64,000 nt of DNA, from positions 6,797 to 70,796 of the forward strand of contig CANBWP010000013.1 of assembly GCA_947373185.1 (NCBI GenBank), written 5' to 3'. Source of the DNA: Comamonadaceae bacterium. GTDB lineage: Bacteria; Pseudomonadota; Gammaproteobacteria; Burkholderiales; Burkholderiaceae_C. A program made the position numbers and the translations under genes. This document shows positions 8,737 through 17,669 of the stretch, piece after piece. The notes under the pieces are model-generated. The model did no database searches, was not told where the DNA came from, and worked only from the letters and a program-made list of their open reading frames with translations. How positions within the stretch are numbered: position 1 is the stretch's first letter; every line of letters begins with the position of its first letter.

Positions 8737-9867
8737 ATGAAAACATGTTTCTCTCGCAACGGATTTCAAGGGGCTCAGTATGCAGCCCTTCGAAATGGCG
8801 CTCTGTGTTTCTTCAACGGCTTGGCCTTGTGTGGTGCCGTGATGGCTCAAACCATTTCAAGTCAAGCCCCTCTCAGCGGAACTGTCGCAGGCAGCCCGAA
8901 TTTGTTGCAATATGACAAATCGGATCGCACTGAAAAGTTATTGGAAGCCGCCACCAAAGATGGCACGCTCACCCTTTACACCGCCTTCAGGCCCCAAGAT
9001 TTGCCCCTCATCATTGCGCCCTTTGAAGCCAAATACGGCATCAAGGTCAAGGCCTGGCGCTCTGGCAGCAACAACGTGACCCAGCGTGTGGTTCGCGAAG
9101 CGGCCGGCAAACGTCCAGAAGTGGACGTCATCATGATGCCGGCCAGCGAAATGGAAGCGCTGTACCGTGAGAAGTTGCTACAAGCCGTGAGCTCGCCTGC
9201 TACCAAAGACTTGATTGCCAATACGGTGCCCGCACACAAGCAATGGGCCACCGTGTTCATGAATGTCACGGTTCATTCGTACAACACGCAATTGATCAAG
9301 AAAGAAGACCTGCCTAAAACCTACAACGATCTGTTGGATCCGAAGTGGAAGGGTAAATTGGGGGTGGAGTCCAAAGCCGAAGAGTGGTACAGCAAGGTCG
9401 TCACCGTCATGGGCGAAGAAAAAGGCACCAAGTTTTTCCGCGAGTTGGTCACTAAAAATGGCATGTCTGCCAGGTTGGGCGCCTCCCTTTTGCACAATCT
9501 GGTCATTGCGGGTGAAGTGCCCTTGGCCATGACGGTCTACATTGACTTGCCCGAGAAAGACAAACGCGCTGGCAAACCTGTGGACTGGTTTGCCCTTGAC
9601 CCCGTGGTCGCGCAAGGTTTCAACATGTCGATCGCCCAAAAATCGCAACATCCCAACGCTGCGCTTTTGTTTTACGACTACATGCTCTCACCGGAGACCC
9701 AAAAACTTCTCACCACTTTGCACTACTACCCAGCCAATGCCAAAGTACCCAATCCTTATCCCAACATGAAAATTGAAGTGATTGACCCCGTCATCACGAT
9801 GGACACCTTCAGCAAATGGACCAAATCCTTTGACGATGTGGTCATCAAAAATTCAAGCACCAAATAA
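8737..9867 (+). CDS. Periplasmic ABC-type solute-binding protein (family 1, Fe3+/AfuA-like fold); orphan copy 1
   Basis: AAGGAG lies 7 nt upstream of the ATG at 8737. Signal-like N-terminus ...LALCGAVMAQT. Shares LTLYTA...KYGIKVKAWRSGS...DLPKTYNDLLDPKWKGKLG with the ORF at 13803. Confidence 0.8.
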   Translation: MKTCFSRNGFQGAQYAALRNGALCFFNGLALCGAVMAQTISSQAPLSGTVAGSPNLLQYDKSDRTEKLLEAATKDGTLTLYTAFRPQDLPLIIAPFEAKYGIKVKAWRSGSNNVTQRVVREAAGKRPEVDVIMMPASEMEALYREKLLQAVSSPATKDLIANTVPAHKQWATVFMNVTVHSYNTQLIKKEDLPKTYNDLLDPKWKGKLGVESKAEEWYSKVVTVMGEEKGTKFFRELVTKNGMSARLGASLLHNLVIAGEVPLAMTVYIDLPEKDKRAGKPVDWFALDPVVAQGFNMSIAQKSQHPNAALLFYDYMLSPETQKLLTTLHYYPANAKVPNPYPNMKIEVIDPVITMDTFSKWTKSFDDVVIKNSSTK

Positions 9868-9884
9868 CGACTCTCACGATTGAC

Positions 9885-11747
9885 ATGAAAAAAACAACGA
9901 CCACCAAATCCGCTGCCGCTAAAAAATCAAGCGTGGCAACAAAGACCGTTCAAAAAACTGCGGCCCCTCAACGTGGCTACCGCGATTTGCACGAGCACTT
10001 GGCCGAACTCGACAAACAAGGCCTCTTGATCACGGTTGACCGGCCGATCAACAAAGACACCGAACTTCACCCCTTGGTGCGTTGGCAATTCAGGGGCGGT
10101 ATTGCCGAACCCGATCGCAAAGCATTTCTGTTCACCAATGTGGTGAATGGCAAAGGCAAAAAATATGACATCCCCGTGGTGGTGGGTGCTTTGGCGGCCA
10201 CACGCAAAATTTACAGCGTGGGCATGGGCTGTGAGATTGCAGACATTGGCAAAACATGGAGCCATGCGATTGCCAACCCCATCAAACCCAATGTCCTGAA
10301 AGACGCACCCTGCCAAGAAATCGTGATCCAAGGCAAAGACCTGTTGAAGCCTGGCAATGGCGTGGACAGTTTGCCCATTCCCATCTCGACACCTGGTTGG
10401 GACAATGCGCCCTACACCACCTTGTCTCAGTACATCTCCAAAGATCCTGACACGGGCATTCAAAACATGGGCATCTACCGAGGTCAAGTGAAGTCCCCGA
10501 CACGTCTGGGCATGAACCCTTCATTGGAAAATCAACCTGGCATCTATACCCACTGGGAAAAAGCCAAAGCACGCGGTGAACGTTTACCCGCCGCTGTCAT
10601 TCTGGGTTGCCCCCCCTGCGTGGCGTTCACATCGGCGCAGAAGTTGTCTGAAGACACAGACGAATTGCATGTGGCTGGTGGCTTGGCCGGCGCCCCAATC
10701 AATGTCGTGAAATGCAAAACCGTTGACTTGATGGTTCCAGCAGAAGCAGAGATCGTGATCGAAGGCTACATCAACACCGAATGGTTGGAGCCAGAGGCAC
10801 CCTTTGGCGAATCACATGGCCATGTCAACTTGCAAGAGTTCAACGCCTACATGGAAGTGACGGCCATCACACGCCGCAAGGACGCCATTCTCACGTCCAT
10901 CATTTCACAAGTCACCCCTTCTGAGTCGAGCTTGATCAAACGCGTGGCGCTTGAGCCTGTGTTCTTGAATCACCTGAGCAAAGCCATGGGCATCAAGGGT
11001 GTGAAGAAAGTGGTCATGCACGAGCCACTGACCAACCTGCGCAAAGTGATTTCCATTGTGGTGGACCGAAAGATGCCGCAAACTGAAGTTTGGCGTGCGC
11101 TGTATGGTGCAGCCTCTTTGCTGCGGTCGGGCGGCAAACTGGTGATTGCCGTGAACGAGGACATCGATCCGGACAATGCCGACGCGCTGCTTTGGGCCAT
11201 GAGTTACCGCGCCAACTTTGCGCTTGACTTGCAAGTCTTGCAAAACCGCGACCCCGGTCATGGACCGCGCAGCCCACGCAACAATGGCATGGACTCTTCC
11301 TTGCTAATTGACGCCACCCTGAAAGACGACTTCCCACCCATTGCGTTGCCCAAAAAAGAGTTCATGGAAAACGCCAAAGCCATTTGGGAAGAGTTGGGTC
11401 TGCCCAAACTCAAACCTGAAGCACCTTGGTTTGGTTACTCGCTGGGTGACTGGAGCGAACGCAATGAGCAAATGGCTCAGCGCGCCGTCAAGGGTGACTA
11501 CTTTGTCACAGGCGAAGAGATTGCAAAGATGCGCCGCAAAGACGTGCCCATGAACACGGAAATCAAACACGTCATGGAAAACGAAGGTCGCAAAGCTTTG
11601 CCCGAGAAAAAAATCAGCGCTAAAACCAGCGCAAAGAAGGCAGTCAAAGCAGTGGCAAAGTTGCCCGCAACAACCAAGGCCAAAGCCAAAGTTCAAGTGA
11701 CAACAAAGCCAAAGGCTTCTGCCAAAAAATCAGCAGCGAAGAAGTAA
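9885..11747 (+). CDS. UbiD-family decarboxylase with Lys/Ala-rich N- and C-terminal extensions
   Basis: 620 aa. Core has YRDLHEHLAELDKQGLL...PFGESHGH...VIAVNEDIDPDNADALLWAM. The final 46 residues contain 16 Lys, 12 Ala and no acidic residue. Confidence 0.9.
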   Translation: MKKTTTTKSAAAKKSSVATKTVQKTAAPQRGYRDLHEHLAELDKQGLLITVDRPINKDTELHPLVRWQFRGGIAEPDRKAFLFTNVVNGKGKKYDIPVVVGALAATRKIYSVGMGCEIADIGKTWSHAIANPIKPNVLKDAPCQEIVIQGKDLLKPGNGVDSLPIPISTPGWDNAPYTTLSQYISKDPDTGIQNMGIYRGQVKSPTRLGMNPSLENQPGIYTHWEKAKARGERLPAAVILGCPPCVAFTSAQKLSEDTDELHVAGGLAGAPINVVKCKTVDLMVPAEAEIVIEGYINTEWLEPEAPFGESHGHVNLQEFNAYMEVTAITRRKDAILTSIISQVTPSESSLIKRVALEPVFLNHLSKAMGIKGVKKVVMHEPLTNLRKVISIVVDRKMPQTEVWRALYGAASLLRSGGKLVIAVNEDIDPDNADALLWAMSYRANFALDLQVLQNRDPGHGPRSPRNNGMDSSLLIDATLKDDFPPIALPKKEFMENAKAIWEELGLPKLKPEAPWFGYSLGDWSERNEQMAQRAVKGDYFVTGEEIAKMRRKDVPMNTEIKHVMENEGRKALPEKKISAKTSAKKAVKAVAKLPATTKAKAKVQVTTKPKASAKKSAAKK

Positions 11748-11776
11748 CGACCCGACACGAAGAGGTGAGGTGACAC

Positions 11777-13036
11777 ATGGAAAGCGTCAAGCAAAATAAA
11801 TTACTGACCGAAGTGGGCAAAGGCACGCCCATGGGCAATTTGATGCGCCGTTACTGGCAACCCATTGGCGCCGCCGTGGAGCTAGAGAAGAAATGGACCA
11901 AGCGCATTCGCCTGTTGGGAGAAGACTTGGTCTTGTTCAAAGACCGCCAAGGCAGGTTGGGTTTGATCGCGGAACAGTGCCCGCATCGCAGAGCGTCCTT
12001 TGCCCATGGCATTCCCACTGAGAATGGCATTCGTTGCCCATACCACGGCTGGGAATACAACGCGCAGGGCAAATGCATCAACCAACCCAACGAGCAAGAC
12101 AAATGCGCATTCCGGGACAAAGTCAGCACGGACGCGTACCCTGTAGAAGAATTGGGCGGCATGTTGTTTGCCTACATGGGGCCAATGCCTGCGCCCTTGC
12201 TGCCTCGCTGGGATGGCTTTGTGGCCGAAGGCACCATTCGAATGATGGGACGCACCATCTTGCCCATCAATTGGCTGCAAATCATGGAAAACTCACTGGA
12301 TCCCATTCACACAGAATGGCTCCACGGTCATCACTATGAATTTTTGAAGGAACAAGAAGGCATCAAGGTTGCCATCAGTACGCACCACCTGAAAATTGAC
12401 TTCAAAGAATTCGAATACGGCATGACCAAGCACCGTTTGCTCGAAGGCCACTCTGAAGACGGAGACGATTGGAAAATCGGACACCCTATCGTGTTCCCGA
12501 ACATGTTGGCGGTTGGCAATGGCGACGAAAAATCGCGCTACTACTCCTTCCAAATGCGCGTGCCTGTCGATGACACGCACACCATGCACCTTTGGTTCAA
12601 TGCCTATGTGCCACCTCAAGGCGTCGCGGTGCCTGCGCATTTGTTGGACCGCGTTCACACTTATGAAGTCCCCTACCTTGATGAATCAGGCGAGTTCATT
12701 GTTGACAACGTCGACGGCCAAGACATGATGGCCTGGATTTCGCAAGGCGCCATTGCGGATCGCTCGCTGGAGAACTTAGGCGCGACAGACAAGGGGGTTG
12801 TCATGTATCGCCGCATCTTGAAACGTGAAATGCAAAAAGTCGAGGCTGGCATTGACCCCATGGGTTTGGTCCGCGACAGCGCCCGCAACCAACGCATCGA
12901 CTTGCCCAACGAGAAGAAGAAGCATCACAACAGCGATGGTTTTACCAGCTTCATGATGCGAACCCACGCCAAGTATTCCCCCATTGCCAACGACTTGTCC
13001 AAGTTGTTTGAACCTCATCTGCACACCGCCAAGTGA
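11777..13036 (+). CDS. Rieske [2Fe-2S] non-haem-iron oxygenase, alpha subunit (phthalate-family/LigXa-KshA-like)
   Basis: 419 aa. Rieske motif CPHRRASFAHG...CPYHGW. Iron site NSLDPIHTEWLH. N-terminal LTEVGKGTPMGNLMRRYWQPI. Confidence 0.88.
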   Translation: MESVKQNKLLTEVGKGTPMGNLMRRYWQPIGAAVELEKKWTKRIRLLGEDLVLFKDRQGRLGLIAEQCPHRRASFAHGIPTENGIRCPYHGWEYNAQGKCINQPNEQDKCAFRDKVSTDAYPVEELGGMLFAYMGPMPAPLLPRWDGFVAEGTIRMMGRTILPINWLQIMENSLDPIHTEWLHGHHYEFLKEQEGIKVAISTHHLKIDFKEFEYGMTKHRLLEGHSEDGDDWKIGHPIVFPNMLAVGNGDEKSRYYSFQMRVPVDDTHTMHLWFNAYVPPQGVAVPAHLLDRVHTYEVPYLDESGEFIVDNVDGQDMMAWISQGAIADRSLENLGATDKGVVMYRRILKREMQKVEAGIDPMGLVRDSARNQRIDLPNEKKKHHNSDGFTSFMMRTHAKYSPIANDLSKLFEPHLHTAK

Positions 13037-13746
13037 TTCACATGCAAATCAACGAATTGAAACAACGCCTGATCGATGCCGGTCACATCTTGGAAAATGC
13101 GGGCCAGGGCGACCTGACCCGCGGCCATGTGTCCATTCGCTTGCCTGACGACCCTGCCCACTTCATCATGAAGCCGCACAGCTATGGTTTTGATGAAATC
13201 ACCCTTGAAAACATTGTCTTGTGCAACCTTGACGGTGAAAAAGTGGGCGGTGGAGGCCGCAAACACAGTGAGGTCTACATTCACTCTGAAATTTTCAAAG
13301 CGCGCCCCGATGTCAACAGCGTGATTCACACGCACCCCACTTATGCCGTGGCGCTTTCTGCCACCGGCCAAAAATTAGAGCCCATCAGCCAACCTGCCGT
13401 GGCCTTTGCCGATGGCCTGCCCTATTTCAACGATGCCATTGACCTCATTCGCACCCATGAGCTTGGCATCGGTGTGGCCAACGCGCTTGGCAGCTGCAAA
13501 GCCGTTCTGATGCGCAACCATGGCGCAGCCATTGTGGGTGGCAATGTGGAAGAAGCCACCATCTTGGCCATCATGCTGGACAATGCCTGCCAGATTCAGT
13601 TGGCCACCATGGCGGCCGGTGGCATTGGCGAGAAGTTCACGGCAGAACAGGTGAGCAAGTTGCACCACGACATCACACGACCCGAGCAGTACGTGATCAA
13701 TTTTGAATATCTGCGACGCCGCGCGCTCCGACAATTGGCAGCTTGA
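13033..13746 (+). CDS. Class II aldolase/adducin-family protein
   Basis: 237 aa. Metal-binding His pattern SEVYIHSEIF...VIHTHP...MRNHGA. GTGA overlap with the Rieske stop. An alternative ATG lies at 13042. Confidence 0.85.
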   Translation: MIHMQINELKQRLIDAGHILENAGQGDLTRGHVSIRLPDDPAHFIMKPHSYGFDEITLENIVLCNLDGEKVGGGGRKHSEVYIHSEIFKARPDVNSVIHTHPTYAVALSATGQKLEPISQPAVAFADGLPYFNDAIDLIRTHELGIGVANALGSCKAVLMRNHGAAIVGGNVEEATILAIMLDNACQIQLATMAAGGIGEKFTAEQVSKLHHDITRPEQYVINFEYLRRRALRQLAA

Positions 13747-13802
13747 CGCGCCGTTTCAAATCGCTACGCTGACAGCACCCGCCAACACTTTGGAACCATC
13801 CG

Positions 13803-14852
13803 ATGCGCCCTTTGACACTCTTTGTGACCGCCGCTTGTTTCTTCATGGCAGGCGCACAGGCTCAAACCCCCGAACCTGCCAAACCCCTGTCGATTCAGGA
13901 GCTGGCCACCTACCAAGGTGCTGACCGTACCGCCCGCCTGATCGAGGGTGCGAAAAAGGAAGGCACTTTGTCGGTGTATCACGTCTATCCGGCCCTGAGC
14001 AACGTGATGAATGAGTTCAGTAAAAAGTACGGCATCAAAATCAAAGCTTGGCGCGCTGGTTCAGAAGCGGTCTTGCAACGCGTGACCAGCGAAAGCCGTG
14101 GCAACAAGTTTGACGTCGACATCGTGCAAAACAATGCCCCCGAAAACGAAGCGGCGTTCCGCGAAAAATTGTTGCAAGAGGTGAAGTCGCCTTTCCATGC
14201 CGATTTGTTGCCGCAAGCCGTCCCGGCCCACAAACAATGGGTCGGCATCACCGTTGACATCTGGACGGCAGCCTACAACACCGAGAAAATCAAAAAGGAA
14301 GACTTGCCCAAGACCTACAAAGATTTGCTCGACCCCAAATGGAAAGGTCAATTGGGCATTGAAGGCAACAACCACGCATGGTTTGGCGCCTTGATGAACA
14401 AGATGGGCGAAGAAGAAGGTCAAAAGCTTTTTGCCAACATTGCAAGCACCAACGGCATCTCCAATCGCAAGGGCCACTCGCTGCTGACCATGATGGTGTC
14501 TTCAGGTGAAGTCCCTCTGGCCCTGACGGTGTACAGCTGGAACCCTGAGCAATTGAAAATCAAAGGCGCACCCGTTGAAGGTCTGGCTTTACAGCCACTC
14601 ATGGCGCAACCGAGCACCATTGCGATGCTGAAAAAATCGCCCAACCCCCATGCGGCCCTGCTGTTTTATGACTACATGTTGAGTGAAGGCCAAAAGCAAC
14701 TGTATGACTTGAAATTTGTGCCCACCAGCAAGAAGTACGAACTGCCCTTCCCCAAGGTGCCGCTGAACTTCATTGACCCCGGTATGGCGCTGGACCAGCA
14801 AGCCAAATGGTTCAAGATGTTTGAAGACACCGTGGTCAAGCGGGCCAAGTAA
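13803..14852 (+). CDS. Periplasmic ABC-type solute-binding protein; orphan copy 2, paralog of 8737..9867
   Basis: 349 aa. Signal peptide MRPLTLFVTAACFFMAGAQA. Contains KYGIKIKAWRAGS...DLPKTYKDLLDPKWKGQLG. Confidence 0.85.
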   Translation: MRPLTLFVTAACFFMAGAQAQTPEPAKPLSIQELATYQGADRTARLIEGAKKEGTLSVYHVYPALSNVMNEFSKKYGIKIKAWRAGSEAVLQRVTSESRGNKFDVDIVQNNAPENEAAFREKLLQEVKSPFHADLLPQAVPAHKQWVGITVDIWTAAYNTEKIKKEDLPKTYKDLLDPKWKGQLGIEGNNHAWFGALMNKMGEEEGQKLFANIASTNGISNRKGHSLLTMMVSSGEVPLALTVYSWNPEQLKIKGAPVEGLALQPLMAQPSTIAMLKKSPNPHAALLFYDYMLSEGQKQLYDLKFVPTSKKYELPFPKVPLNFIDPGMALDQQAKWFKMFEDTVVKRAK

Positions 14853-16028
14853 TTGACAGGTCAGATCGCAAGCACCCACGCCACGCCGCTGCGCATTGCC
14901 GTGGTGGGCTTTGGTGCGGCGGCGCAAGCTTTTGTGCCGGCCATTTTGGGCAATCCCGAATTTGAATTGGCGGCCATTGTTGAGCCTCATGAGGATGTGC
15001 AACCCCAAGCACGCCGCTTGGGCGTTCCGGTCTTTTCACACCTAGATCAACTGCGTCAGCTGTCCCGTTTAGATGGGGTGTATTTGGCCACACCGACACC
15101 ACTGCATGCAGCACAAAGTGTGGCCTGCTTAGAGGCAGGCTGGCATGTCTTGGTCGAAAAACCCATGGCCTGCAATGCGGCACAAGCGCTGCGCATGGTG
15201 GACACGGCCAAACGTTGCAACAAGCACCTGACGGTGGGGCACTCACACAGTTTTGACGCCCCGATTCAAGCCATGCGTCAGATCATTCAAAGGGGCGAAC
15301 TGGGCAAGGTTCACATGGTGAACACCTGGTGCTTCACCGATTGGGTCTATCGCCCTCGGCGCGCAGAAGAGTTGGACAGCGACTTCGGGGGGGGCGCCAC
15401 CTTTCGACAAGGGGCCCATCAGATCGACATCTTGCGCGCACTGTGCGGCGCCAAGGTCAAAACCGTCAAGGCCAAGGTATTCGATGTCGACCCTCAACGT
15501 TCAACCCATGGCGCGCACGCCATTTTCTTGGATTTTGACAACGGCGCTGCAGCGACCGCCATCTACAACGGCTATGGCGGCATGTCCAGCATGGACTTGA
15601 CCCAGAACATTTCAGAATGGGGGTTTGACCAGCCTCCCCATCTCAGAACTTGGTACACCCGCCCAGACAAAGCACACAGTCCCGAGCAAGAGCTCAAGGC
15701 CAAACAACAGCGGGCTCAATCGGCCATTCCAGCCACGTCGCCCCATCAGCCACATTTTGGGTTGACGGTGGTCAGTGGTGCTTTGGGCGATGTGCGTCAA
15801 ACCCCAGATGGCTTGCAAATTTCTGGCCCCAATGGCCAGACAGACATTCAACTCAGCCTTCAGGCCAGTCCCAGGGATTTGGTGCTGGCCGAGCTGGCGC
15901 ACACATGGCGTGGTACAGCCCAGCCTTGGCACGATGGCATGTGGGGGTATGAAAATTTAAGGGTGTGTGAAGCTGCCATTGCGTCTGCGGCCACTGGACG
16001 CGAAGTGCTTCTGGACGACCCTTGCTAG
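14853..16028 (+). CDS. Gfo/Idh/MocA-family NAD(P)-dependent oxidoreductase
   Basis: 391 aa. Rossmann start LRIAVVGFGAAAQ and EKPMA motif. TTG start abuts the preceding stop, so the start is uncertain. Confidence 0.8.
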   Translation: MTGQIASTHATPLRIAVVGFGAAAQAFVPAILGNPEFELAAIVEPHEDVQPQARRLGVPVFSHLDQLRQLSRLDGVYLATPTPLHAAQSVACLEAGWHVLVEKPMACNAAQALRMVDTAKRCNKHLTVGHSHSFDAPIQAMRQIIQRGELGKVHMVNTWCFTDWVYRPRRAEELDSDFGGGATFRQGAHQIDILRALCGAKVKTVKAKVFDVDPQRSTHGAHAIFLDFDNGAAATAIYNGYGGMSSMDLTQNISEWGFDQPPHLRTWYTRPDKAHSPEQELKAKQQRAQSAIPATSPHQPHFGLTVVSGALGDVRQTPDGLQISGPNGQTDIQLSLQASPRDLVLAELAHTWRGTAQPWHDGMWGYENLRVCEAAIASAATGREVLLDDPC

Positions 16029-16348
16029 CGCGTCGTCCAAGCTTCTGACGGCATCGGCCACGACAACAATTCAGCCAGGCGGCAGACCACCCAAAATGAC
16101 TCTTGCGCCGATGTCAATGCCGACTCAACCCGCAGGCCCCGCCAGCAGCGCTCTAAAGCATCCTCTTCAGTGATGCCCATTTGAAATTGCTGGTTGCTGG
16201 CGGTTTCCGTCAGCAAATGGGCCAGGTCTTCGCAAAGTTCGTATCGCTGCGTCAACTCGGCACGCGGCAAGCTGGGCTTGAAGTGGCCAGGCTTGACGTA
16301 AAGCGCCATGAAAGACTCTGGCACAAAGCTTTGATTTTCTTCGTACAT
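16025..16348 (-). CDS. Hypothetical protein
   Basis: 107-aa ORF between icd and the operon end. I recognise no motif. Coding is supported only by length and position. Confidence 0.45.
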   Translation of the reverse strand: MYEENQSFVPESFMALYVKPGHFKPSLPRAELTQRYELCEDLAHLLTETASNQQFQMGITEEDALERCWRGLRVESALTSAQESFWVVCRLAELLSWPMPSEAWTTR

Positions 16349-16381
16349 GCTAAACCCACGGAAACGCGAAGGCCTCGCGCA

Positions 16382-17635
16382 TCACATGAAATCAATCATC
16401 ACGCGGCCAAAGCCTGAACAGCCCACTTGTGCAGCACCCTCCATGAGTCTGGCAAAGTCATGCGTGACACGCTTACTTTGAATGGCGTCTTCCATCGCGC
16501 GGATGAGGATGTCAGCCGCTTCCGTCCATCCCATATAGCGCAGCATCATTTCTGCAGACAGAATTTCAGAGCCTGGGTTGACGTAGTCTTTGCCTGCAAA
16601 CTTGCTGAAGGTACCTACGGTGGCTTCAAAACAAGCCACGCTGTCGGACATGTTGGCACCAGGCGCAATGCCAATGCCACCGATTTGAGCAGACACCGCA
16701 TCGGAGATGTAATCTCCGTTCAAATTCAAAGTCGCCACGACCGAAAATTCTTGGGGACGCAATAAAATTTGCTGCAAGAATGAATCCATGGCGATGTCTT
16801 TGATGGTGATATTTTTCCCCGTCTTCGGATTTTTGAGCGTGCACCAAGGACCATCGTCGATGAGTTGTGCGCCAAACTCTGTCTGGGCCAATTCATAAGC
16901 CCAATCTCGAAAGGCGCCTTCGGTGTACTTCATGATGCCGCCCTTGTGTACGATGGTGACACTGGGTTTGTCATGGTCGATGGCGTACTGGATGGCCTTG
17001 CGCACAAGCCGCTGGGTTCCCTCACTTGAAACAGGCTTGATGCCGATGCCAGAGCTCTCGGGAAAGCGGATACTTTTGGCGCCCAATTCCTGCATTAAAA
17101 AAGCAATCAGTTTTTTGCCAGCGTCACTGTGTGCGGCGTATTCAATACCGGCATAGATGTCCTCGGAGTTTTCTCGAAACAACGTGATGTCGGTTTTCTC
17201 GGGCTCACGCACTGGCGATGGCACCCCTTTGAAATAGCGCAAGGGCCGCAAACAGACATACAAGTCCAACTCTTGGCGCAACGCAACATTGAGCGATCGA
17301 ATCTCGCCATGTGCTGGCGCATTCAAAGGCCCTTTGATGGACACCACGAAGTCTTTCAACGCCAAAAGTGTTTCAGCCGGCAAATACACGTCCGAGCCAT
17401 ACAGGCGAGTGGCCTTTTCGCCGGCATACACTTCCATCCAATGAATTTCACGCTGGCCCCTGTAGGCCTTTCTGACTGCTTCATTGACAACGTCAATCAT
17501 GACCGGCGTAATGTCGACGCCCGTGCCATCACCTTCAATGAAAGGAATGATGGGATTGGGCGGCACATTCAATGTGTTGTCTGCATTGACCGTGATGGGC
17601 GCACCTTGCGGTGGCACTTGAATGTGTTGGTACAT
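16382..17635 (-). CDS. icd: NADP-dependent isocitrate dehydrogenase
   Basis: 417 aa, colinear with E. coli-type Icd: [16 protein letters not shown]...[13 protein letters not shown]...NLNGDYISD. Confidence 0.95.
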   Translation of the reverse strand: MYQHIQVPPQGAPITVNADNTLNVPPNPIIPFIEGDGTGVDITPVMIDVVNEAVRKAYRGQREIHWMEVYAGEKATRLYGSDVYLPAETLLALKDFVVSIKGPLNAPAHGEIRSLNVALRQELDLYVCLRPLRYFKGVPSPVREPEKTDITLFRENSEDIYAGIEYAAHSDAGKKLIAFLMQELGAKSIRFPESSGIGIKPVSSEGTQRLVRKAIQYAIDHDKPSVTIVHKGGIMKYTEGAFRDWAYELAQTEFGAQLIDDGPWCTLKNPKTGKNITIKDIAMDSFLQQILLRPQEFSVVATLNLNGDYISDAVSAQIGGIGIAPGANMSDSVACFEATVGTFSKFAGKDYVNPGSEILSAEMMLRYMGWTEAADILIRAMEDAIQSKRVTHDFARLMEGAAQVGCSGFGRVMIDFM

Positions 17636-17669
17636 GGTCTGTCTCTCCGTTGATTCATTCTAGCCAGAA

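Noticed and set aside
8417-8740. A 107-aa ORF containing (RL)n.
   Set aside because: It is a frame-shifted reading of the (GCTGCG)5 repeat inside the CoxG-like gene.
15387-15394. A G8 homopolymer in the Gfo/Idh/MocA gene as a phase-variation switch. Other G7/C7 runs occur at about 4856, 20105, 26434 and 28893.
   Set aside because: The runs encode Gly/Pro codons in frame within intact ORFs. Runs of 7-8 are frequent in this GC-rich sequence. There is no contingency-locus context such as surface or restriction genes.
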